Part shown: piece by piece, positions 48,166 through 57,420 of the stretch
How positions within the stretch are numbered: the first letter of the stretch is position 1
Layout of the letters: every line of letters begins with the position of its first letter
Assembly (NCBI GenBank): GCA_964412165.1
Contig: CAYPMW010000001.1
Span: 16,316-80,315, forward strand
Direction of reading: 5' to 3'
Source of the DNA: an uncultured Gammaproteobacteria bacterium
Lineage (GTDB): Bacteria; Patescibacteriota; Microgenomatia; UBA10105
DNA length: 64,000 bases
Translations under genes and position numbers: made by a program
The notes under the pieces: model-generated
Databases searched by the model: none
What the model was told of the DNA's origin: nothing
Seen by the model: the letters and a program-made list of their open reading frames with translations, nothing else

Positions 48166-49273
48166 TCACCAAAAGCGCTCACGTGTGGTAACTAAAAGGT
48201 GGAGAATTGATTTACCGCTTCTGGTAACGCTTATTGGTTTATCACTTTTTGGTCTTGTAGCTATATTTAATGCTTCAACAGTGATAGCCTTAAGGGATTT
48301 TGGTAATCAGTACTATTTTTTTAAAGACCAGCTGAAATTTCTCCTCATTGGATTTATTACCCTGGGAGTGATCTCTCAGATTCATTACCGTCATTGGTAT
48401 ATTGTATCAGTACCACTTCTGATAATCACTATACTACTACTACTGGCTGTATTTATTCCAGGGATAGGAGTGCATGCACTAGGAGCTAAACGATGGGTGA
48501 ATCTAGGATTTATCATTCTTCAGCCAACAGAACTTGCCAAATTAACTATCGTGATATATTTATCTGCATGGTTCTCAAGAAAAGAAAAGGGCCGGTTACT
48601 CCCATTTTTAGTTTTAGTCGGACTCATACTTGGATTAGTCATATTACAGCCAGATTTGGGTACAGCGGTTATTATCATCACTATCGCAGGTGTACTATAT
48701 TTTCTCTCTGGTGCTCCACTAAAACATTTTTTTCTTCTGGCACCTCTCCTATTAGGTATTTTTGTAATACTTGCTGTCATCGCTCCCTATCGTTTTACTC
48801 GAATTATGACTTTTTTAAACCCTAATATCGATCCCTTAGGTTCTTCGTATCATATTCGGCAAATACTTATTGCTCTTGGATCAGGAGGTATGTTTGGTGT
48901 TGGGCTTGGTAAATCCAGACAAAAATTTGAATATTTGCCCGAAGCAAACACAGACTCAATTTTTGCGGTGATTGGAGAGGAAATTGGTTTTTTTGGAGCC
49001 CTTGTAATACTTGTATGTTTCCTGTTTATTTTCCACCGGACGTTTCTTATTGCCCGGAAATCACCTGATATGTTCAGTTTCCTTCTCGGATGTGGAATAG
49101 CTACATGGTTCTCAGTCCAAACACTTATTAATTTAGCATCGATGGTAGCGTTGGTGCCTTTAACGGGAGTGCCTTTACCACTTCTATCGTATGGAGGATC
49201 AAATTTGATTAGTCTGCTTATCGGTTTTGGAATTGTGTGTAATATAAGCACAAAATCCTCTCCGCAGACATGA
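48149..49273 (+). CDS. ftsW: SEDS peptidoglycan polymerase FtsW
   Basis: GAKRW, QPTELAK, QPDLG, LPEANTD, P.TG.PLP..SYGGS. Confidence 0.93.
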   Translation: MPRRIDHQKRSRVVTKRWRIDLPLLVTLIGLSLFGLVAIFNASTVIALRDFGNQYYFFKDQLKFLLIGFITLGVISQIHYRHWYIVSVPLLIITILLLLAVFIPGIGVHALGAKRWVNLGFIILQPTELAKLTIVIYLSAWFSRKEKGRLLPFLVLVGLILGLVILQPDLGTAVIIITIAGVLYFLSGAPLKHFFLLAPLLLGIFVILAVIAPYRFTRIMTFLNPNIDPLGSSYHIRQILIALGSGGMFGVGLGKSRQKFEYLPEANTDSIFAVIGEEIGFFGALVILVCFLFIFHRTFLIARKSPDMFSFLLGCGIATWFSVQTLINLASMVALVPLTGVPLPLLSYGGSNLISLLIGFGIVCNISTKSSPQT

Positions 49274-50370
49274 AGAAGATATTTATTACTGGAGGACATC
49301 TCACACCGGCGCTAGCAATGATTGATGAGCTCAAAAAGCGTGATTTCGGGATTTTTTATATCGGGAGAAAGTACGCCCTTGAAGGCGAATCGGTGGAATC
49401 TGAAGAATGGCGAGTCATGGGTGAAAAAAAAATATCTTTTTTGGAGTTAACGACTGGCCGACTCCAAAGAAGATTAACCTCCTATACAGTTTATTCAATC
49501 TTAAAAATTCCGTTTGGAATTATACAGGCTTCTCGATACGTCACCACTTACAAACCAGATGTAATTCTCTCGTTTGGTGGATATGTAGCTCTACCTCTTG
49601 CCTATGCCGGATGGTTACAAAAAGTGCCCATCGTCACACACGAACAGACGGTTATACAAGGACTAGCCAATCGGTTTATCTCAAAAATATCTGCCAGAAT
49701 CTGTACATCGTGGCCATCTCAAAATTACGCGCGAGGTGATAAATGCACCTATACGGGGAATCCTTTGCGGAAAGAAATCTTTCAGCATAAAACGTTTCCG
49801 CCTAGGAAATCCAACAAACCCGTGATTTATATTACCGGAGGAAATCTTGGTTCCCACTCAATCAATGTACTGATAAAAGAAATGCTTACACCTTTACTTG
49901 AAGATTTTGTTGTAGTTCACCAGTGCGGCAGATCTCGAGTATATAATGATTTTAAATCATTAAGCGATTTACGCTCCAAACTACCGGCGAATTTGCAGGC
50001 TGATTATTATCTATTCGAATATATAGGAGACGACTTAATAGGGACTATCCTAAATGCTGCCGAAATTGTGGTATCAAGAGCCGGCGCCAATACAATTATG
50101 GAACTGATGGCGTTGAGAAAGGCAGCTCTACTTATTCCTTTACCGTGGTCTGGTGGCGCAGAACAACAAAAAAATGCTGAATTTCTAGTCGACCGTAGAG
50201 CAGCACTAGTTCTTAAACAAGAAGATCTTACTTCGGATACATTACTCCGTACAATACATACCGTATACCGAGATCGCCAGATGTATAAAAATAATATGAA
50301 TCAACTACGCTCACTCGTGATATCAGACGCAGCCTCTCGAATCGCTGACGTGATAGAATCCGTACTGTGA
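49270..50370 (+). CDS. murG: Lipid II GlcNAc transferase
   Basis: TGGH, GGYV, HEQ, GNPLR, SRAGA, EQ..NA. Confidence 0.95.
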   Translation: MKKIFITGGHLTPALAMIDELKKRDFGIFYIGRKYALEGESVESEEWRVMGEKKISFLELTTGRLQRRLTSYTVYSILKIPFGIIQASRYVTTYKPDVILSFGGYVALPLAYAGWLQKVPIVTHEQTVIQGLANRFISKISARICTSWPSQNYARGDKCTYTGNPLRKEIFQHKTFPPRKSNKPVIYITGGNLGSHSINVLIKEMLTPLLEDFVVVHQCGRSRVYNDFKSLSDLRSKLPANLQADYYLFEYIGDDLIGTILNAAEIVVSRAGANTIMELMALRKAALLIPLPWSGGAEQQKNAEFLVDRRAALVLKQEDLTSDTLLRTIHTVYRDRQMYKNNMNQLRSLVISDAASRIADVIESVL

Positions 50371-51110
50371 GATATCACACAAGACGTAGATACCAGCCTC
50401 TTCGTTTGGTAGTTAATTTGGTACTGGCAGTATGTCTCCTGTCAATCTTTCTGATTTCTACGGTCTTTAAGCTGAGAACTATCGTAATTTATGGAAGTCC
50501 TCAAGAGTTTACTAATTTTAACTTTCTGAGTCACAGTCAAAATATACTTTTTATAGATACTCACGCTTTAGAAAAAGAAATTTCGTTACGTCATCCTTCA
50601 ATAAAATCGGTTAAGGTAACTAAGCGATTTCCGGATTCGTTAGAAATATATATTGAAGTGCGTACGCCAATTATGAGAATAACTGTAGGTAGTGAGGGAT
50701 TATTTATTGACCAAGAAGGGAAAGTATTGTCTGCTGACGCGAGTCAAAAGCATTTGGATTATCCGACTTTACGCTGCCTAGTTGACAAAGCGAATGTCGG
50801 AGAAGTATTGGATGTGCCAAATATTGTGTTGGTAGCCGAGACAGTTAATACAATTTTGGAACATAAGACAGCAAAAATCAAAGAAGTTTCTTGTCAGGAT
50901 GATGGTAGCTTTAGTTTTTTGGCTGACGGGTTGGAGATAATTATTTCGGCTCAAAATAATCCTGATGATATCGACTCCTCTTTACAATACTTATTTAAAC
51001 AGTTTAGAATAGAAGGAACAAGACCAAAAAAAATTGATCTCCGTTTTAACAAGCCGGTATTTAATCCGGTACAATTTGAAGAGGCATCAGGTACGGAAGA
51101 CTTAGAATGA
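50367..51110 (+). CDS. ftsQ: Cell division protein FtsQ/DivIB
   Basis: TM, POTRA (IKSVKV.KRFPD.L.I), IDLRF; synteny. Confidence 0.85.
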   Translation: MRYHTRRRYQPLRLVVNLVLAVCLLSIFLISTVFKLRTIVIYGSPQEFTNFNFLSHSQNILFIDTHALEKEISLRHPSIKSVKVTKRFPDSLEIYIEVRTPIMRITVGSEGLFIDQEGKVLSADASQKHLDYPTLRCLVDKANVGEVLDVPNIVLVAETVNTILEHKTAKIKEVSCQDDGSFSFLADGLEIIISAQNNPDDIDSSLQYLFKQFRIEGTRPKKIDLRFNKPVFNPVQFEEASGTEDLE

Positions 51111-51131
51111 GTATAAAATGAGTTTGTATAT

Positions 51132-52424
51132 ATGCGGGATAAGATCATCGCCGGAATTGATATAGGTACATCAAAAATCACCACAATCATCGCGGCTGTA
51201 AAAGAGGAGGGGCCACTTCATATCATTGGGGTGTCTACTGTTGATAGCAAAGGTTTACGTAAGGGACAGGTAGTAGATATCGAGGATGCGGTAGGTGCGA
51301 TTTCACCCTCACTAGAAGGTGCAGAACGAATGGCTGGGTGTTCGGTTAATAGTGCATTCATAAGTATCGGCGGGAGCCACATTGCTTCGCAAAATTCCCA
51401 TGGTGTAGTAGCAGTTGCCAACCCGGAAACCGAAATTACCCTGCAGGATGTCAATCGAGTGGTTGATGCAGCACGGGCAATTTCATTATCATCTTCGCGT
51501 GAAGTGATTCATGTATTGCCAAGGGGATTTACTGTTGATGGGCAAGATGGTATCGCTGATCCGATTGGTATGACAGGTGTACGGCTTGAAGTGGATACGC
51601 ATCTTGTGACCGGGGGTGCTACTGCTATCAGAAATCTAGAAAAATGCGTACAAGAGTTGGGTGTAACGGTTGAGGGGATGGTTTTTGGAGGACTCGCATC
51701 AGCACAGGCAGTTCTTTCGGATACGGAAAAAGAATTGGGAGTCACACTGGTCGACATAGGAGGCGGTACGACAGATATAGCTATATTTGTGGAAGGCGCA
51801 CTTTCATATTCTTCGGTGATACCGATTGGTGCAAAGAATATCACCAATGATTTAGCCATAGGACTCAGAGTTTCCTTGGAAAGTTCTGAAAAAATAAAGT
51901 TGTTACTGTCACAAAAAAACAGAAGTCCGACACTACCAGATGACGATGCACACAGTAAACAAAAACAGGTCGACGAAATAGACATGAGCGAATTAAATCT
52001 TCCCGAGGATTTAAAAAAAGTTTCACGTAAAACACTGGTCGAAGGGATCATCAAGCCGAGACTTAATGAAATTTTTGCCATGGTAGGGTTGGAGATTAAA
52101 AAGAGCGGTTTCGGAGGTATGACACCTTCAGGTTTAGTACTTTGCGGTGGAGGAGCAGAGACGGTCGGAATAGTTGAGGCAGCACGGAGAAACCTGGCTA
52201 TGCCAGTTCGAGTTGGAATCCCGACTCACGTGACCGGCTTAGTAGATGAGATACTTCTTCCTGCTTATGCAACTGGTGTGGGACTCGTAGTTTATGGGTC
52301 ACGGATGGGCTTACGTGAGGCACAACCACAGTTTTTAAATAAAGTCGGTAAAATAACTGGAAAATTTCCGGTGAAAGGAATATTAGGAAAAGTTCTCGAT
52401 GTACTGAAAACCTTCTTACCCTAA
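51132..52424 (+). CDS. ftsA: Cell division protein FtsA
   Basis: DIGTSK, G.RLE, DIGGGTT, GGGA. Confidence 0.97.
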   Translation: MRDKIIAGIDIGTSKITTIIAAVKEEGPLHIIGVSTVDSKGLRKGQVVDIEDAVGAISPSLEGAERMAGCSVNSAFISIGGSHIASQNSHGVVAVANPETEITLQDVNRVVDAARAISLSSSREVIHVLPRGFTVDGQDGIADPIGMTGVRLEVDTHLVTGGATAIRNLEKCVQELGVTVEGMVFGGLASAQAVLSDTEKELGVTLVDIGGGTTDIAIFVEGALSYSSVIPIGAKNITNDLAIGLRVSLESSEKIKLLLSQKNRSPTLPDDDAHSKQKQVDEIDMSELNLPEDLKKVSRKTLVEGIIKPRLNEIFAMVGLEIKKSGFGGMTPSGLVLCGGGAETVGIVEAARRNLAMPVRVGIPTHVTGLVDEILLPAYATGVGLVVYGSRMGLREAQPQFLNKVGKITGKFPVKGILGKVLDVLKTFLP

Positions 52425-52445
52425 AATTAAACCTGCTTGTCTTGG

Positions 52446-52474
52446 TTGAAGATAACAGTAATTAATGTTAGTAT
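52446..52474 (+). promoter_or_regulatory. Putative ftsZ promoter
   Basis: TTGAAG-17 nt-TAGTAT with TG extension. Confidence 0.4.
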
Positions 52475-52514
52475 ACTGCCTACTATAGTTTGTTCGTTTC
52501 ATTGAAAAACTTTT

Positions 52515-53696
52515 ATGCTCATCAAACCAGATCTAGCACGGTTTGCTAAAATTAAAGTTGTCGGCATTGGTGGCGGTGGAGGAAATGCTCTCAACTCCAT
52601 GATCTCCGAGTCTCAGATTCAGGGTGTTGATTTTATCGGTGTAAATACAGATGCACAAGCGCTTCTGACATGTTTCTCCCCAATCAAAATCCAAATTGGC
52701 GAAAATCTTACCCGAGGTTTGGGATCTGGTGGAAATCCGGAAATAGGCAAGCAGGCAGCGGAAGAGTCCAGAGAAAAAATTAAAGAACATCTTATCGATT
52801 CGGATATGATATTTCTCACATGCGGTGAAGGAGGTGGTACAGGTACCGGGGCAACACCGGTACTGGCCGAAATCGCTAAAGAATTAGGAGTTCTAACAGT
52901 TGCTGTAGCTACAAAGCCATTTTCATTTGAAGGAACACGGAGAATGGTTCAAGCCGAGGAAGGCATCTTAGAATTAAAAGAAAAAGTTGACACACTTATC
53001 GTCATACCCAACCAGAGACTTCTTGATGTAGTTGATAAAAAGCTCACGCTTATAGAGGCGTTTAGAGTTGCTGATAGTGTGCTTGGTCAGGGTGTCCAGG
53101 GAATATCCGATTTAATTACAACTCCTGGACTTATAAATGTTGATTTTGCAGATGTACGTACTATCATGAACAATTCAGGTTCAGCTCTCATGGGTATTGG
53201 TACGGGCACTGGAGAAAATCGCGCGACAGTAGCTGCACGTATGGCGATTGCATCTCCGCTTCTTGAGATTTCAATCGATGGAGCAAAAGGCGTGTTATTC
53301 AATATCACCGGAGGGCAGGACCTGACTATGGCCGAAGTTGATTCGGCAGCAAAAATGATAGCTGAGGCGGTAGATCCCGACGCAAATATCATATTTGGCG
53401 CAACTATTGATGAATCCATGGTCGATCAAGTCAAAATCACGGTGATTGCCACAGGATTTGATGAAACGAGAAAGACCTTACAGGGGCTGACGAGACCGTT
53501 CTCAGTGCATCAGCACATACCTAATTCGAGTATAGCGCAATCCTCCGGTGCGCCTCCTGTTTCCACTACGCCTCAAAATCAGACTGATGATACAAATGGT
53601 AGTTCACCCCTCACTCCACCTACCGCAACTTCGACCGATATCCCTCCAGAAGAAGACCAATGGGACATCCCCGCTTTCCTAAGACAGAGAAGTTAA
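52515..53696 (+). CDS. ftsZ: Cell division protein FtsZ
   Basis: GGGGGN, GGGTGTG, NVDFAD, C-terminal DIPAFLR. Confidence 0.98.
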   Translation: MLIKPDLARFAKIKVVGIGGGGGNALNSMISESQIQGVDFIGVNTDAQALLTCFSPIKIQIGENLTRGLGSGGNPEIGKQAAEESREKIKEHLIDSDMIFLTCGEGGGTGTGATPVLAEIAKELGVLTVAVATKPFSFEGTRRMVQAEEGILELKEKVDTLIVIPNQRLLDVVDKKLTLIEAFRVADSVLGQGVQGISDLITTPGLINVDFADVRTIMNNSGSALMGIGTGTGENRATVAARMAIASPLLEISIDGAKGVLFNITGGQDLTMAEVDSAAKMIAEAVDPDANIIFGATIDESMVDQVKITVIATGFDETRKTLQGLTRPFSVHQHIPNSSIAQSSGAPPVSTTPQNQTDDTNGSSPLTPPTATSTDIPPEEDQWDIPAFLRQRS

Positions 53697-53735
53697 ATGG
53701 ATGCAACTTCCCTTCAATTATCCTATAATATATCA

Positions 53736-54206
53736 ATGAGTGGTAAAAGTGAACTAATCATTCCGTCAGCTGAGCTTCCGCGAGAATTATTAGATAACGA
53801 AGCGTTTAGACTTATTGATGAGTTTAGAAAAACATTTCGCGCAACTCCTGAGTTTCTCAAAGCTTTGGGAGAACATTATTTTGGTGAGCTTGATGATGGA
53901 CAACTGATTAAACCTGATAACCAAAGAAGCATTTCTTTCTGGTATAAAGGAGTACCATGGGAGGTTGAAGATAGATATACTGAGGATGGGCAGCGGTTAA
54001 GTGTAACCGTCACTAGTCCTGTCAATTTCCCATTTCAGACAATTTTGATTAGCTTGGTTGCGAAAAGAAAGATAGATCAAAAAAATCAAATTGAACCCAA
54101 AGTTCAGGCGATTGGGATAAATGAATCTTTACAACCGGTTATATACAGAAATTCGCAACAAGCAGTTGATGTTATATTAAGGATCTTAAATTTTTACAAA
54201 ATGTAG
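53736..54206 (+). CDS. Hypothetical protein
   Basis: Fills the ftsZ-ileS gap; TATAAT (53724-53729) 6 nt before ATG 53736. Confidence 0.6.
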   Translation: MSGKSELIIPSAELPRELLDNEAFRLIDEFRKTFRATPEFLKALGEHYFGELDDGQLIKPDNQRSISFWYKGVPWEVEDRYTEDGQRLSVTVTSPVNFPFQTILISLVAKRKIDQKNQIEPKVQAIGINESLQPVIYRNSQQAVDVILRILNFYKM

Positions 54207-54221
54207 ATTCTGTTATATACT
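54193..54221 (+). promoter_or_regulatory. Sigma70 promoter of the ileS leader
   Basis: TTTACA-17 nt-TATACT. Confidence 0.6.
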
Positions 54222-54394
54222 TAATGTAATTAAAAAGCGTTTGACTGGTAATCACCAGGGAATGTGTTTATACATCGCTGAAAGAAGAACATAGAGATCC
54301 TGTAATAAAATTCTAGTTAAATCTTGGAATTAAGGTTCAGGATGCGTATATAAGTAGACCTTTCCGGGTAAGCCCGTAATAGCAGGAAGTAAGG

Positions 54395-54459
54395 GTTGTA
54401 GGTAATAAGTTGTAGGTTGTAGGAAGAAATAAGTTTCTTACAACCCACAACCTACAACT
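54395..54459. repeat. Inverted heptamer-repeat hairpin (GTTGTAG)n / (TACAACC)n
   Basis: GTTGTAG GTAATAA GTTGTAG GTTGTAG GAAGAAA TAAG TTTCT TACAACC CACAACC TACAACT. Confidence 0.85.
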
Positions 54460-54484
54460 GAAGTAAGGTGGTACCACGAATTAG

Positions 54485-54526
54485 TTAAGAGTTTAGAATT
54501 AAGTGTTAAGAATTCTAAGTTCTCAA
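54485..54526. repeat. Second degenerate heptamer-repeat hairpin
   Basis: TTAAGAG TTTAGAA TTAAGTG TTAAGAA TTCTAAG TTCTCAA; TTAGAATT/AATTCTAA stem. Confidence 0.65.
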
Positions 54527-54579
54527 ACTATCGTCCTTAGATTCGACTACAATTGTGGTTGGAGATAAGGACCCTTTTT

Positions 54580-57420
54580 ATGGTAAAAAAACACACATTT
54601 CAACCGGTTTCAGCGAAAGTAAACTTCCCCGAACTTGAAGAACGGATTCTTAAGTTTTGGAAAGAAAATCAGATTTTTGAAAAATCAATTGCAGCGCGAC
54701 CTGCATCAAAAACCTGGACGTTTTTAGACGGACCACCGTTTATTACCGGGCTTCCCCATTACGGGAGCCTTCTATCGAGCATTCCCAAAGATCTCTTCCC
54801 CCGTTACTGGACAATGAAGGGATATCGCGTGCGGCGAGTGTGGGGGTGGGATTGCCATGGACTTCCTGCGGAGAATAAGGTTGAGGATAAGTTGGGAATC
54901 ACGCGGAAAAAAGACATTGAAGAAAAAGTAGGCATCAAGAAATTTATTGAAGAATGCAAACTTTATGTGAGTGACGTTTCAGGAGAGTGGAAATGGTATG
55001 TGGACCATATCGGAAGGTGGGTTGATTTTGCACACGCCTACAAAACTATGGACATGCCGTACATGGAAACGGTGATGTGGGTATTTAAATCGCTCTATGA
55101 TAAAGGATACATTTACAAAGGCTTACGTGTATCACTTTACTGCCCCCATTGCGCCACTCCAATTTCAAATTTTGAAGTGGCAATGGATGCTGATAATTAT
55201 CGGTCAGTGACTGATCCGGGAACAATTTATAAATATCCTCTGCAAGATGTAAAAGATACGTACATATTAGCTTGGTCAACCACGCCGTGGAACAAACTCG
55301 TGACCCCGGCATTAGCGGTAAATCCCAAATTGATATACGTTAAAGTAGCACAGGCAGATGAATATTATATTCTGGCAAAATCTAGGGTAAAAATGCTAAA
55401 TAAGGAGCCTTTTAAAGTGGTAGATGAATTTCTTGGTCAAGAATTGGTAGGCAAAGCTTTCCAGCCACACTACGATTTCTATAAAGTAGATCCTGGTAAG
55501 AAAGCATTTATTATAGTGAACGGCGAGTTTGTGACCGCCGAGGAAGGTACGGGAGTCGTCACGATCGCCGCATACGGTGAGGAAGATTTGGCTGTCATGC
55601 AAAGGGAAAGCATCCAGATTGTCATGCATCTTGACGATGAAGGTATCCTCAAGCCGTTTGTGCCCAAATGGGGTGGAATGTATTATCTCAAAGCAAATAT
55701 TGAGATTAATAAAGATCTTGCGGCCCGTGGACTTATATATGATGATAAACCGTACTCTCATACCGTACCAACCTGCTGGAGATGTCATACACGACTTATA
55801 TTCGCTCCCCAGGATGCTTGGTATGTGAATGTACAATCGCTCAAAAAGAGGATGAAGGAGACTAATGAGGCAGTCAATTGGTTCCCCAAACACTTTAAGT
55901 ATGGTAGATACCTCAAAAGCCTTGAGTTTGCACCTGACTGGTGCATATCAAGGAGTAGATATTGGGGGTCGCCGGTGCCTGTGTGGGAGTGTGAGTGTGG
56001 CGAGAGATTCGTACCGGGTTCGATATCAGAACTAGAGATCCTATCAGGGAAGCATATTGCAGATCTACACAAACCGGCAATTGATCAGGTGACCATAAAG
56101 TGTCCAAAATGTAATCAACAGGCAAAACGCGTTCCTGAAGTGCTTGATAGTTGGATTGAGGCTGGATCTGCGCCTTTTGCTGAGCGTCATTTTCCATTTG
56201 AAAAAGACCTGAGACTCACAGACTTTTTTCCACCTGACTTTATTGTTGAATATACTGGGCAGATCAGAGCCTGGTTTTACGTGTTACACGTACTAGCCAC
56301 TGCGCTTTTTGAATCACACGCGTTTAAAAATGTGGTAGTTACTGGTGTTATTTTAGGAACTGATGGGCGAAAAATGAGCAAAAACTATGGTAATTACCCC
56401 GATCCCAAAGAATTGCTTCAGAAATATGGCGGCGATGCTCTACGCCTGTACCTCATGGGAAGTCCGGTGATGCATGGAGAAGACATTATCATTTCAGAAA
56501 ATGAATACCGCAATCAGGTCAAAGGAATGCTACTCATACTCTGGAACGTATATAACTTTTTTGTAACTAACGCTTTGGTTGATGGGTGGTCTGCGAAAAA
56601 TACTCCCCCCAAACCCGTACATGTTTTGGATAAATGGATCCTCTCCCGTCTTTATGAGCATATAGAGACCATGGCTGAAAAAGGGTATGAAAAGTATGAT
56701 AGCGTGTTTGTCGTACAGTCGGCAGAAAAATTTATACGCGAGTTATCATTATGGTACGTGCGGCGAAGTCGAAATCGCTTCGGGCCAGGTAGTCCGAATT
56801 CCATAGATAAAGAAAGAGCGTACCACACGCTGTGGTTTGTTTTAAAAGAATATGTTAAATCCATATCCCCGTTAATACCATTTGTTACTGAATCAATGTA
56901 TCGCAATCTTACTGGCGAGATTTCGGTTCACCTAGCGGACTGGCCCACACTTCCTTCTGAGTGGCGCAGTGTCATCCTTGAGAAGGATATGACAAATGCG
57001 ATAAAACTGGCATCCCGTGTTCATGCTTTCCGTAAACAGACGGGCGTGATAGTCCGAATTCCTATTAAAACGCTTGAATACACCGGACCAGACGAGATAA
57101 GTGGCCACGTTCGAGAGATACTTCTGGAAGAAATAAATGTGTATGATCTTGTTTACAAAGGCACGTCGAGTGACTATACTGTTTCTGGTAAAACGGATGA
57201 AATAAATCTTGATATTCAAGCAGGGTATGTGCGAAAAATTATCCGGCAAGTACAGAATCTCAGAAAAGAAAAAAAGTTAAACTTGAGCCAGCCGATCAAG
57301 CTCCAATTAGACGCACGCGATAAAGGGAAAATAACCAGCAATTTACTCGAAAAAATTAAGCAAAAAACACTCGCATCTGAAATCGTATGGGGAGACGGTC
57401 TTTCTATTTCGACTGGATAA
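54580..57420 (+). CDS. ileS: Isoleucine--tRNA ligase, type 2
   Basis: DGPPF.TGLPHYG, GWDCHGLP, WSTTPW, GTGVV, DWCISRSRYWG.P.PVW, KMSK; ATG 54580. Confidence 0.96.
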   Translation: MVKKHTFQPVSAKVNFPELEERILKFWKENQIFEKSIAARPASKTWTFLDGPPFITGLPHYGSLLSSIPKDLFPRYWTMKGYRVRRVWGWDCHGLPAENKVEDKLGITRKKDIEEKVGIKKFIEECKLYVSDVSGEWKWYVDHIGRWVDFAHAYKTMDMPYMETVMWVFKSLYDKGYIYKGLRVSLYCPHCATPISNFEVAMDADNYRSVTDPGTIYKYPLQDVKDTYILAWSTTPWNKLVTPALAVNPKLIYVKVAQADEYYILAKSRVKMLNKEPFKVVDEFLGQELVGKAFQPHYDFYKVDPGKKAFIIVNGEFVTAEEGTGVVTIAAYGEEDLAVMQRESIQIVMHLDDEGILKPFVPKWGGMYYLKANIEINKDLAARGLIYDDKPYSHTVPTCWRCHTRLIFAPQDAWYVNVQSLKKRMKETNEAVNWFPKHFKYGRYLKSLEFAPDWCISRSRYWGSPVPVWECECGERFVPGSISELEILSGKHIADLHKPAIDQVTIKCPKCNQQAKRVPEVLDSWIEAGSAPFAERHFPFEKDLRLTDFFPPDFIVEYTGQIRAWFYVLHVLATALFESHAFKNVVVTGVILGTDGRKMSKNYGNYPDPKELLQKYGGDALRLYLMGSPVMHGEDIIISENEYRNQVKGMLLILWNVYNFFVTNALVDGWSAKNTPPKPVHVLDKWILSRLYEHIETMAEKGYEKYDSVFVVQSAEKFIRELSLWYVRRSRNRFGPGSPNSIDKERAYHTLWFVLKEYVKSISPLIPFVTESMYRNLTGEISVHLADWPTLPSEWRSVILEKDMTNAIKLASRVHAFRKQTGVIVRIPIKTLEYTGPDEISGHVREILLEEINVYDLVYKGTSSDYTVSGKTDEINLDIQAGYVRKIIRQVQNLRKEKKLNLSQPIKLQLDARDKGKITSNLLEKIKQKTLASEIVWGDGLSISTG

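Larger units (their letters stand above)
54230..54579 (+). ncRNA. T-box riboswitch (Ile)
   Basis: TAAGG-TGGTACC-ACGA (54464-54479) pairs with TCGT-CCTTA (54531-54539); AGGGA and GCTGA boxes, candidate ATC specifier at 54297, AGTA and CCGTAA stem II/IIA motifs; terminator GTCCTTA/TAAGGAC plus T5. Confidence 0.9.

Noticed and set aside
54395-54530. Possible CRISPR or mini-array
   Set aside because: 7-nt units with no spacers and no cas genes
54553-54579. TTG start for ileS
   Set aside because: Lies inside the T-box terminator; ATG 54580 fits better
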